Positions 1 through 8,484 are shown, numbered from the stretch's first letter. The stretch: 38,827 bases of DNA from Pseudomonadota bacterium (GCA_039030355.1 JBCCEI010000003.1:1-38827); one strand, 5' to 3'. Program-made: numbers and translations. The notes: generated by a model from the letters alone, not told the origin.

Positions 1-675
1 CTATCGCCAATTCCACGGCCCAGACAAAACATTATGTGCTTGGGCTGGAATTATATCGAGCATGTAGAGGAAACGAGTGGCAAGGCGCTGGAGGCGCCTA
101 AACTTCCTAAATACCCCATCGTTTTTACCAAATCAGCCTACAGCATGAATGGACCCTATGCGGATATTCCTGTTGATCTTGAGGTTTCTAATAAAATGGA
201 TTGGGAAGTAGAACTCGCTGTTATCATTGGTAAGTCTGGTCAGGGCATTGCCAAAGGAGATGCGCTAAACCATGTTTTTGGCTATAGCATTATTAATGAT
301 ATCTCTGCTCGCGATATTCAAAAAAGGCATAAGCAATTTTTTGTCGGTAAAAGTTTTACCGGTGCGTGCCCTATGGGCCCATGGATTGTGACGGCTGACG
401 AAATTTTAGACCCACAAAAGTTGGATTTAAAAAGTTGGGTGAATAAAGAACTTAAACAAGATTCCAATACGCAATACCAAATTTTTGATGTTGCTACAGT
501 GATTGAAACGCTTTCAAGAGGTATGACTCTGGAAGCAGGTGATATTATTGCGACAGGAACACCAAGTGGCGTAGGTTATGTGCGTAACCCACCAGAATAT
601 TTAATGCCTGGTGATAATGTGGAATGTGAAATTGAAAGTATTGGAAAAATTTCCAACCCGATTGTTGCAAAATAA
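1..675 (+). CDS. Fumarylacetoacetate hydrolase family protein (5'-partial, runs off the window edge)
   Basis: Frame is open from base 1 (LSPIPRPRQNIMCLGWNY). FAH motifs: DWEVELAVIIG, NDISARD, GKSF, GPWIVT, GDIIATGTPSGVG. Confidence 0.92.
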   Translation, partial: LSPIPRPRQNIMCLGWNYIEHVEETSGKALEAPKLPKYPIVFTKSAYSMNGPYADIPVDLEVSNKMDWEVELAVIIGKSGQGIAKGDALNHVFGYSIINDISARDIQKRHKQFFVGKSFTGACPMGPWIVTADEILDPQKLDLKSWVNKELKQDSNTQYQIFDVATVIETLSRGMTLEAGDIIATGTPSGVGYVRNPPEYLMPGDNVECEIESIGKISNPIVAK

Positions 676-679
676 TTAG

Positions 680-1498
680 TTACAAAAATGCATCAAATGC
701 ATTTTGTAAACCAGCCACATAGCTTGGTTTTGAGAATATGAACCCACTTCCGTGTCCGCCATGAATTTCAATAAAATGTTTTGGTTCATTTGCAGCAGCA
801 AAATTACGTTGGCTTTGCTCAAATGGAATCACTTCATCTTGCTTGCTATGCACAAAAACAATAGGGCAGTGAATATCTGCTAATCTATTAATGGTTTCAT
901 AGCGATGCTTAACAATTAGATTTGTTGGCATAAAAGGATAATGCACACCAGAAACTTCAGTCATCGAAGTAAAAGTGGATTCTAAAATCAATAACGCAGG
1001 TTGAGATTTTTTCGCAAGCTCAGTTGCAACGCCACCACCCAATGAACGTCCTACAAGTATTATATCTTCAGCAGCTAATTTTTTTATACTTGTCAGATAG
1101 TGCCATACCGTATTCGCATCTATGTACGTTCCAGCTTCGCTTGGACTTCCTGTGCTGTTTCCAAAACCACGGTAATCAAAAATTAAAAAATTAAATCCAA
1201 ATTGATGATAAATTTTAATCGTTTCTAATCGATGCGAAATGTTTCCAGCATTGCCATGTAGAAACAATACGGTTTTACTAGTTTTTTCTTTAGCAGGAAT
1301 ATACCAGGCATGAATTCTTTCATTGTCTTTAGTAATTAAATTTATATTTTCATATGTGAGACCAATATCCGCAGGGCTTGCAACCAATTCACGTGTAGGC
1401 ATCTGTGGTGCATAGATAAACAACGCCTGTGCAAAATAAATTGCTATCATGGCTGCTATATAGAATAGAACGACAGCTAATATAAATTTAATAAACAT
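680..1498 (-). CDS. Membrane-anchored alpha/beta hydrolase (Bem46/ABHD13-like)
   Basis: N-terminal TM helix from MFIKF (ATG 1498 preferred over 1540), HGNAGN, DYRGFG, GRSLGG nucleophile elbow, D-E-V-I-P and GGH. Confidence 0.88.
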   Translation of the reverse strand: MFIKFILAVVLFYIAAMIAIYFAQALFIYAPQMPTRELVASPADIGLTYENINLITKDNERIHAWYIPAKEKTSKTVLFLHGNAGNISHRLETIKIYHQFGFNFLIFDYRGFGNSTGSPSEAGTYIDANTVWHYLTSIKKLAAEDIILVGRSLGGGVATELAKKSQPALLILESTFTSMTEVSGVHYPFMPTNLIVKHRYETINRLADIHCPIVFVHSKQDEVIPFEQSQRNFAAANEPKHFIEIHGGHGSGFIFSKPSYVAGLQNAFDAFL

Positions 1499-1507
1499 AA
1501 AACAAAA

Positions 1508-1948
1508 ATGCTTTCCAATCGCATACAAAATGATTTGCATACCATTCTGTTAATAGGCGGTATAGCAATTCTACTTGGACTAATCGGATATTTATTATTT
1601 GGCAAGATCGGCCTGATCATACTGGTATTGGGCGGTATCATTTTAATTTCTAGTGCACCACGAGTTATACCAAAACTTGTGTTAAGAATGTATAAGGCTA
1701 AACCTGTTGCTGTATAGGAAGATACACAATTATTTGCCATAGTAGAAGAATTGGCAAAGCGAGCTGGTTTGTCTAAAGTGCCACAACTCTTCTATATGCC
1801 TAGTCAAATGATCAATGCTTTTGCTTCTGGTACCAGAGATTATGCATTAATTGTTGTGATAGATTGAGTCTTGAGCGTACTCAAAAATAATGAAAATACT
1901 ACTGCACTGATACATGAAATGGCGCATATTAGAAGTTTGTGGTATTAG
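1508..1948 (+). pseudogene. htpX: htpX-like M48 zinc protease pseudogene
   Basis: One frame reads two TM helices...MYKAKPVAV*EDTQLFAIVEELAKRAGLSKVPQLFYMPSQMINAFASGTRDYALIVVID*VLSVLKNNENTTALIHEMAHIRSLWY*. In-frame TAG at 1715-1717 and TGA at 1865-1867; HExxH at 1913-1927; the C-terminal half is absent. Confidence 0.85.
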
Positions 1949-1953
1949 TACAT

Positions 1954-2538
1954 ATGGATATTAAAAATCGAGTACACGAAATTTTTGCACACGAAGCTGC
2001 AGCAATTTCATCAATCCCTGTAACAGATGAATTTGAACACGCGGTAAAATTACTTCAGGATTGTAAGGGTAAAGTGCTCACAACCGGTATGGGTAAAGCC
2101 GGACACATTGCACACAAATTTTCCGCAACTTTATGTTCTACGGGATGCCCAGCTTCTTTTTTGCATCCAGGGGAAGCGGCGCATGGTGATCTAGGAATTG
2201 TGGAAGAAAATGACGCCATCGTTGCATTTTCTACTAGTGGTAAAACCAAAGAAGTATTGGATACGCTCGCTGCGGGGCGCGAATTGGGCTTGCATACCGT
2301 AATTGGGATCACTTCACATCCAGACTCCTTGCTACGTGATTTAAGTGATGTAGTTTTAGACATGGGCGAGATTAAAGAAGCCTGTACCACGGGCCTTACC
2401 CCTACATCCAGTATGGCGGTGATGTTGGCGATTAGTGATGCATTGGCGCTATTGCTTATGGAAATAAAAGGTTTCACTGCTGAAGATTTTGGTAAGCGCC
2501 ATCATGGCGGTTATTTGGGTAAAAAAGCACGCAAATAG
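1954..2538 (+). CDS. SIS-domain sugar-phosphate isomerase, arabinose-5-phosphate isomerase (KdsD/KpsF/GutQ)-like, lacking CBS domains
   Basis: TGMGKAGHIA, FLHPGEAAHGDLG, STSGKT, PTSS, HHGGYLG; ends right after the SIS domain. ATG at 1954 preferred. Confidence 0.88.
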   Translation: MDIKNRVHEIFAHEAAAISSIPVTDEFEHAVKLLQDCKGKVLTTGMGKAGHIAHKFSATLCSTGCPASFLHPGEAAHGDLGIVEENDAIVAFSTSGKTKEVLDTLAAGRELGLHTVIGITSHPDSLLRDLSDVVLDMGEIKEACTTGLTPTSSMAVMLAISDALALLLMEIKGFTAEDFGKRHHGGYLGKKARK

Positions 2539-2630
2539 GGATTACTCACTACAACCCACTAGCAATCAATCATGCTAGGATATTTATCTCACTAACAAGT
2601 TAGCTTATACCAAGCAGGTAGGTGTCTATC

Positions 2631-3227
2631 ATGTTACGAAAAAATTTCATCGTACTCATTTTTTTTGTTCTAGTTATTAGTTTTGTAGCAAGTTTTACAA
2701 ATTCACATGCAGAAGATAAAGGTAAAGTGGCTATTCCAAATATCACAACATGTGCTGGCCAAGAATTGCAGCTAAATGGCTATGGAACACGAAAAAAATT
2801 ATTTATTAAACTTTACGTTGCATCACTTTATGTGCAAGAAAAGCAATCAGATGCAAATCAGATTTTAAAAATGATGCAAGCATCATGTATGCGTTTGAAT
2901 ATCATATCGTCAAAAATCACATCTGAAAAATTGGTAAAAGCAACACGTGAAGGGTTTGAAAAGGCAACACGTGGTAATACTGATCCAATTGAAGCAGAGA
3001 TTAAAACCTTTTTAAACTGGCTCGGGCAGCCGATTAAAAAAGGTGATGTATTCGAGTTTGCTTTCATTCCGCATCAAATGACGCATGTAACTAAAAACGG
3101 TAAAGAGTTAGGAGTCATTGAAAGTAAAGAATTTTCAACAGCATTATTTGGAATATGGTTGGGAAATATGCCAGTAGACAAAAAATTAAAAACAGGTTTG
3201 ATGGGTATACAACATACTATTCAGTAG
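2631..3227 (+). CDS. Secreted chalcone isomerase-like family protein
   Basis: Signal peptide; LQLNGYGTRKKLFIKLYVASLY and ALFGIWLGNMPVDKKLKTGLMG motifs. Confidence 0.85.
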   Translation: MLRKNFIVLIFFVLVISFVASFTNSHAEDKGKVAIPNITTCAGQELQLNGYGTRKKLFIKLYVASLYVQEKQSDANQILKMMQASCMRLNIISSKITSEKLVKATREGFEKATRGNTDPIEAEIKTFLNWLGQPIKKGDVFEFAFIPHQMTHVTKNGKELGVIESKEFSTALFGIWLGNMPVDKKLKTGLMGIQHTIQ

Positions 3228-3239
3228 TGATTTCTAACT

Positions 3240-4151
3240 GTGCCAAATACAATAGCGCATTTTGCGGTAAATGGATTAATCAGCCGCGCAATTATTAGAG
3301 ATGCAGATTTAAAGTGGATATACCTAGCCTGCCTCATTCCTGATTTTCCTTGGATTATTCAGCGGTTAATAAAGGCATTACCCTTATCACTTGATTTGTA
3401 TGACTTACATGCATACAGCATTGTGCAATCGTCGTTTTTACTGTGCATAATTTTATGTATAGCGCTAGCTGCTTTAGCTAAACAACACACGAAAATATTT
3501 TTTATCCTAATGCTAGGATGTCTTCTACACTTGCTTCTAGATGCGTTGCAGATTAAATGGGCCAATGGTGTTCAATTGCTAGCACCTTTTGATTGGCAAT
3601 TATTTAGGCTAGATTTATTTTGGCCGGAAAGCATGGGTACTTATCTACTTACTGCAGCAGGGATAATGTATCTGCTATTTAATTTAAAAAAAATGACAAT
3701 TCTAAATTGTGATGAATTCATTTTATCAAAAAAAGCACTAAGCTTTTGTACTGTTTTTGTTTTACTTTGGTTGTCACTTCCATTCGTTTTTATGCAGTCC
3801 GTATATGATAAAGATAATCATTTTATAGCAACTTTAAAGGATACTCAGAACAGGATGGGTAAATATATCGAACTTGATAGGAACACATTTGTTCATGCGT
3901 ATGCGGGCAATGCAGTATTAACTTCATATGGTGAAGTTATTGCAATTGCAAATGTTCATTCTGTAAATCATATGGCTAAGATTTCAATACAAGGAAAATT
4001 TACCGACAATGTATCTATCTATGTAAATAATTATCATGTGCATACAAAATTCAGAGACATTGCATCTATAATAGGTATTGCTTGTGTTTTGTTAATTTGG
4101 CTAATTTTTACAGTACGATGTTTAAATAGTAAATACAGGCTAACTAATTAA
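3240..4151 (+). CDS. Membrane-bound metal-dependent hydrolase (YdjM-like) with extra periplasmic domain
   Basis: MPNTIAH, LIPDFP and HLLLD motifs; multiple TM helices. Confidence 0.65.
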   Translation: MPNTIAHFAVNGLISRAIIRDADLKWIYLACLIPDFPWIIQRLIKALPLSLDLYDLHAYSIVQSSFLLCIILCIALAALAKQHTKIFFILMLGCLLHLLLDALQIKWANGVQLLAPFDWQLFRLDLFWPESMGTYLLTAAGIMYLLFNLKKMTILNCDEFILSKKALSFCTVFVLLWLSLPFVFMQSVYDKDNHFIATLKDTQNRMGKYIELDRNTFVHAYAGNAVLTSYGEVIAIANVHSVNHMAKISIQGKFTDNVSIYVNNYHVHTKFRDIASIIGIACVLLIWLIFTVRCLNSKYRLTN

Positions 4152-4651
4152 TGCAGCGCATACTGACACTAGTACGTCATGCAAAGTCCAGTTGGAATAA
4201 TTCGGATTTAAACGATTTCGAGCGTCCACTAAATAGTCGTGGATTAAAAAATGCACCGGAAATGGGTAAACGCCTTGCCGATGTAGATTTTAAGGTCGAT
4301 TTAATAATTTCGAGCCCTGCAGCTAGAGCTATTACAACGGCCGAACTTATATCGAGTGAATTAGGTTATAACTTTAAAAGAATAAATCATAATGAATCCA
4401 TTTATGAGGCAAACTTAAATACATTGTTGCATCTAGTTTCTAGCCTGAATGATAATATACATCGCGTACTGATGGTTGGACACAATCCCGGGCTTACATC
4501 ACTTTGTAATTACTTAAGTAATGCGAAGATAGAGAATATGCCGACCTGCTCCATCACACAAATTCAGTTTAGTGTAAATAGCTGGCAGTCAATTAATGAA
4601 CATTCAGGAGAGCTGCTAGACTATGATTACCCTAAGAAATTAAAAATGTAA
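4151..4651 (+). CDS. sixA: SixA-like histidine phosphatase
   Basis: LVRHAKS, DFERPLNSRG, SSPAARA, VGHNP; TAATG coupling to the upstream gene. Confidence 0.88.
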   Translation: MQRILTLVRHAKSSWNNSDLNDFERPLNSRGLKNAPEMGKRLADVDFKVDLIISSPAARAITTAELISSELGYNFKRINHNESIYEANLNTLLHLVSSLNDNIHRVLMVGHNPGLTSLCNYLSNAKIENMPTCSITQIQFSVNSWQSINEHSGELLDYDYPKKLKM

Positions 4652-4679
4652 AAATTAAAAATAATTATGTACTATAAAA

Positions 4680-5414
4680 ATGCCCATAACGAAAAAGCCA
4701 AAATTTACTGAATTTAATCTACCGACTGGTCGAATTATCGCGAAGAAATATGAAATCATAACCAAACTTGGTGGTGGTTTTGAGGGCGAAGTGTACAAAA
4801 TACGTGAAACCAGTACCGGTATTGAACGTGCAGCAAAGTTTTTTTATCCAAATCGCAATGAAAAAGACCGTGCAGTTAAGTTCAACGCAAAAAAATTGCA
4901 TAAGCTTAGACAGTGCCCAATACTGATTCAGTATCACACTAAAGAGCACTTTGTTTTTAAACGTATACCTGTAACGGTATTAATTTCTGAGTATGTAGAG
5001 GGTCAATTATTATCTGAATTTATTAAAACCTTCCCAGGTAAACGCTTAATGCCATACCAGGCACTGCACCTTTTATATGCATTAACCAAAGGTATTGAAT
5101 GCATTCACAGCCTTAACGAATATCATGGTGATTTGCATTCAGATAACATCATTGTAAACAAGTTTGGACTGGAGTTTGATTTAAAGCTCGTTGATTTGTT
5201 CTCTGCTAAAGAATCAAAACGAGAAAGTCGACGTTTTGATATTTTAACGTTAATCCAGGTGTTTCATGAGTCATTAGGTGGGTCAAAATATTATGCAAAA
5301 CATCCAGATGCAATTAAATATATTTGTTGTGGGCTCAAGTCTAATCTTATTTTGAAAAAATTTAAAACAGCTGGGCAGTTAAGAAGACATATAGAAAGTA
5401 TGAACTGGTCATGA
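4680..5414 (+). CDS. Stand-alone Hanks-type Ser/Thr protein kinase
   Basis: LGGGFEGEVYK Gly-loop, AAK catalytic Lys, SEYVEG hinge, HGDLHSDNI catalytic loop, DLF in place of DFG. Confidence 0.82.
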   Translation: MPITKKPKFTEFNLPTGRIIAKKYEIITKLGGGFEGEVYKIRETSTGIERAAKFFYPNRNEKDRAVKFNAKKLHKLRQCPILIQYHTKEHFVFKRIPVTVLISEYVEGQLLSEFIKTFPGKRLMPYQALHLLYALTKGIECIHSLNEYHGDLHSDNIIVNKFGLEFDLKLVDLFSAKESKRESRRFDILTLIQVFHESLGGSKYYAKHPDAIKYICCGLKSNLILKKFKTAGQLRRHIESMNWS

Positions 5415-5849
5415 TGCAATTTCTAATAAATTTCTCAACTGCCCTCTTTTATTCTTAATCAGATCCTCAATCGTGTATTGATCTAAAGCTTCTAAAAAAC
5501 TTAATGAAGCTTTGGATAAAGCCTGTTTCAAAATACACATGGGTTCGATTGGGCATGAGTTTCCATCAGGATTAAAACATTCCACAATATAAAAATCGTT
5601 TTCAGTATTTTCTACTACTTCACGAACAGATATTGCATTTGTATCTAGGGCTAGAGTAAGTCCACCACCTTTTCCTTGTATTGAGTCAATGTATCCAAGC
5701 TTTGAGAGTTTGTGTACGACGGAGCGAACGTGATGTCTGGACACAGCATAGGCTTTAGTGAGTTCATCAATGGTTACACGCTCCTGAGAGTGCAGACCTA
5801 AATAGATCAATACTCTCAGGGAATAATCAGTAAATTGGGTGAGACGCAT
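5409..5849 (-). CDS. nsrR: NsrR, NO-sensing Rrf2-family repressor
   Basis: MRLTQFTDYSLRVLIYL, wHTH with GKGGGL, three-Cys Fe-S motif VECF...C...C; divergent from a globin gene. Confidence 0.85.
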   Translation of the reverse strand: MRLTQFTDYSLRVLIYLGLHSQERVTIDELTKAYAVSRHHVRSVVHKLSKLGYIDSIQGKGGGLTLALDTNAISVREVVENTENDFYIVECFNPDGNSCPIEPMCILKQALSKASLSFLEALDQYTIEDLIKNKRGQLRNLLEIAS

Positions 5850-5892
5850 TCTATAGGTTCCTCAATTGACATCTGCTTGAATATGGATGTAG

Positions 5893-5921
5893 TATAACAT
5901 CTAAATAAAATAGATGTTATA
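5893..5921. promoter_or_regulatory. Palindromic operator, probable NsrR site
   Basis: Perfect 11-7-11 inverted repeat TATAACATCTA-aataaaa-TAGATGTTATA between nsrR and the globin gene. The 5896-5918 portion fits the 11-1-11 NsrR architecture; the right half AACATCTATTT matches AANATGCATTT at 9/11. Confidence 0.75.
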
Positions 5922-5933
5922 TGGATTTACCCA

Positions 5934-6359
5934 ATGTTAAGCCAACAAACAAAAGATATCGTTAAAAAGACTGCACCTATATTACAAGAGAAGGGTGTGG
6001 AAATAACAAGCAGAATGTATGAACGTTTATTTAGTGAATATCCTGAAACCAAAGTATTATTTTCAAATACGAAAGATGGTCAGGCTAATCGTTTAGCAGC
6101 AGCTGTGCTTGCCTATGCACAAAATATTGATAATTTAGAAGCGCTGGGACCCTCAGTAGCTGCAATAGCAGAAAGACATGTTGCGAATAATGTTAAAGCG
6201 GAGCACTACCCAATTGTTGGGAAAGTATTGTTAGCCGCAATGCAAGATGTATTAGGTGAAGCTGCGAGTGAGGAATTAATAGAAGCGTGGAAAGAGGCGT
6301 ATTTTTTCTTGGCGAATATCTTTATTGATAAAGAGGAGAGCATAAGGACATGCGAATAA
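5934..6359 (+). CDS. Single-domain bacterial haemoglobin (Vgb/Cgb type)
   Basis: MLSQQTKDIVKKTAPIL, MYERLF, QANRLAAAVLAYAQNIDNL, proximal His in IAERH, HYPIVG, AWKEAY; no reductase domain. Confidence 0.93.
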   Translation: MLSQQTKDIVKKTAPILQEKGVEITSRMYERLFSEYPETKVLFSNTKDGQANRLAAAVLAYAQNIDNLEALGPSVAAIAERHVANNVKAEHYPIVGKVLLAAMQDVLGEAASEELIEAWKEAYFFLANIFIDKEESIRTCE

Positions 6360-6406
6360 AAGTAACAACAGGGATGTTGTATCAATTTAAAATTAGGTGA
6401 ATTCGA

Positions 6407-6436
6407 AATGTACGCTTTGGATCGTAAGCGGTTATT
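6407..6436. repeat. 30-bp imperfect palindrome, copy 1 of a direct repeat flanking ybaN
   Basis: AATGTACGCTT-TGGATCGT-AAGCGGTTATT; 25/30 identical to 6818-6847. Confidence 0.85.
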
Positions 6437-6791
6437 GTGGCTCAGGGCGACTAATGAGAAAAGCTAAAATTACTATAAATAAAATACTCATAAAAGCTAT
6501 AAGCCATATATTGTCAATTCGTTGGTACATGATGACCCAGCTTAATGTAAGCAATAGAAATGCTATTACCTTGCTTGAACGTGAAATTGCGCCATGTTGT
6601 TCCCAATCAATTAGTAGCTTCCCAAGATATGGATGTTCGTAAAGCCAACGATGCAAACGTTGGGATCCTTTTGCAGAAAACCATGCCGCTAACAACAAAA
6701 AAGGCACAGTTGGTAAACCGGGTAATAATATTCCTATTAGCGCAAGGATTAAAAAGAAATAAGCAAGAATTAAAGCAACTAGGCGTGTCAC
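6432..6791 (-). CDS. ybaN: YbaN/DUF454 inner-membrane protein
   Basis: IGILLPGLPTVPFLLLAAWFSAKGSQRLHRWLYEHPYLG signature. Confidence 0.9.
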   Translation of the reverse strand: MTRLVALILAYFFLILALIGILLPGLPTVPFLLLAAWFSAKGSQRLHRWLYEHPYLGKLLIDWEQHGAISRSSKVIAFLLLTLSWVIMYQRIDNIWLIAFMSILFIVILAFLISRPEPQ

Positions 6792-6817
6792 ATTAGCTAA
6801 TAATACTATTGTATTTA

Positions 6818-6847
6818 TATGTCCGCTTTGGATCGTTAGCAGTCATT
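6818..6847. repeat. 30-bp imperfect palindrome, copy 2 of a direct repeat flanking ybaN
   Basis: TATGTCCGCTT-TGGATCGT-TAGCAGTCATT; lies 411 bp from copy 1 in the same orientation. Confidence 0.85.
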
Positions 6848-6931
6848 TTACTCTTGAGGTTTAATAAGCCCAATAAAACTTAAATATGAAGCAACACCCC
6901 TGTTGCAACTCATATGCACACATCCATGTGT

Positions 6932-7675
6932 TTACCAATAACTTTCAGTAGTAATCTGCCCTGGGCTGCGACGAAGATTTTTCTTTAGCCCCTTTTCTTT
7001 GAGTGCGTTGCGAGTATCTATCAACATTTGTGGATTGCCACACATCATAACTTGAGAAGAATCTGCAGAAATTTGCATATTCACTCTTTCTTCTAGTTGA
7101 CCATTTTCAATCGCGGCAGGAATACGACCACTTAATGCAAAATCGGTTTCTTCTCTACTTACAAATGTGATCATTTGAAAACGATCACTGTATTTGTTTT
7201 GAATTTCTTGAATCATTTTTTGGTAAGTAAGCTCATTTGCAAAACGAACAGCATGCACCAGCACGATTTGTTCAAAACGCTGCCAAACTTCTTTTGAATT
7301 CAGGATAGATAAAAATGGTCCTAGAGCCGTACCTGTTGCAAGCATCCACATGTCTCGACCATCTGGTACCTCATTTAACGTAAAAAATCCATTTGCACGT
7401 TTATCAATATAAACGGCATCACCTTTTTTAAGTTCTGCAAGCTTGGGTGATAGCGGGCCTTCCGAAACGGTTATAGAGTAAAACTCTAATATGGATTCAT
7501 GTGGTGGATTTACAAATGAATAAGGGCGTCCAATTATTTGATCATCGATTTCCAATCCCAAGCGACCGTATTGACCAGCAATAAACGGATCAATTTTCGC
7601 TTCAATACGTAGAGAATAAAGCAAATCAGTCCAATGCTTATTTTCAATAACTTTCCCTTCGATCCAATTACTCAT
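6932..7675 (-). CDS. fpr: Ferredoxin(flavodoxin)-NADP+ reductase, E. coli Fpr subclass
   Basis: RPYSFVN, GPLSPKL, ATGTALGPF, VSRE, MCGNPQM, C-terminal ESYW. Confidence 0.93.
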   Translation of the reverse strand: MSNWIEGKVIENKHWTDLLYSLRIEAKIDPFIAGQYGRLGLEIDDQIIGRPYSFVNPPHESILEFYSITVSEGPLSPKLAELKKGDAVYIDKRANGFFTLNEVPDGRDMWMLATGTALGPFLSILNSKEVWQRFEQIVLVHAVRFANELTYQKMIQEIQNKYSDRFQMITFVSREETDFALSGRIPAAIENGQLEERVNMQISADSSQVMMCGNPQMLIDTRNALKEKGLKKNLRRSPGQITTESYW

Positions 7676-7836
7676 TTTGCCAATTTCCTTACGGCTTAAT
7701 TTTTTCTGTTGATGAAAACATGATCAAGCAACATAGTGCTGTGCTTGTTAAAAAGCAACTACTCACGTCTAGGTACAAGAGTCAATTTGGCATATACGCG
7801 TAAATGCCATGTAGAAGGCGTGGGTTGACAGAGTAA

Positions 7837-8484
7837 CTATTTACTCACGGGAAGGTTCGTGTCAGGCGTGTTGTTTTGTTTACCGCTAAATAGATTCACA
7901 AAGAACTGTAATACACGTTTAATGCCTCGCCATAGTTTTGGCAACAACCAAATCATTAACAATATAAATACTGCAAGTAAGGCAATGAAAATATAAGGAT
8001 GTTCAATTGCTGCCCAGATACCAGCAAATACTGCAATATCTTCCATAATTGATGCACTCCAATTACTAACGGGCTCGGGTGAGGTATTGATCATCACGCG
8101 ACTGCCAGTTTTGGTGAAATGAGTACCTGCAGCAAGACTACCGCCAACGATAGCAGCAGCAAGTTCTGCAGCCGGTGCAACGTCGCCAATAAACCCAGCA
8201 GCCAAAAGTGCACCGGCAGGAATGCGTACAAATGTATGTAGTGTATCCCAACCCGTATCAACTCCTGGAACCTTATCTGCAAAAAATTCCACACCGTACA
8301 TGAGACCCGCAGCAGCGATAACCAATGGGTCACCTATAATTTGTAAATCAGCAGGTAGTTCTACATAACCCGTGTTTGACATAATGCCAAGCGCAAGCAA
8401 CGTACCATAAAGATTCAGTCCACTTGCCCAAGCAACCCCCATGGTGAGTGCTATAGTTTGTACGAGTGTTGAATATTCTTCCAT
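7837..8484 (-). CDS. DUF4126 membrane protein
   Basis: WASGLNLY, EFFADKVPGVDTGWD, TSPEPVSNW, EDIA motifs. Confidence 0.85.
   Translation of the reverse strand: MEEYSTLVQTIALTMGVAWASGLNLYGTLLALGIMSNTGYVELPADLQIIGDPLVIAAAGLMYGVEFFADKVPGVDTGWDTLHTFVRIPAGALLAAGFIGDVAPAAELAAAIVGGSLAAGTHFTKTGSRVMINTSPEPVSNWSASIMEDIAVFAGIWAAIEHPYIFIALLAVFILLMIWLLPKLWRGIKRVLQFFVNLFSGKQNNTPDTNLPVSK

Noticed and set aside
1715-1867. Stop-codon recoding (Pyl/Sec or alternative code) in htpX
   Set aside because: TAG and TGA end many normal genes in this window, and the gene is truncated after HExxH anyway.
6407-6847. CRISPR array, integron attC or dif site interpretation of the repeats
   Set aside because: Only two copies separated by a whole gene; no cas or intI; too short for attC and lacking its core ends; no match to the XerD arm TTATGTTAAAT.
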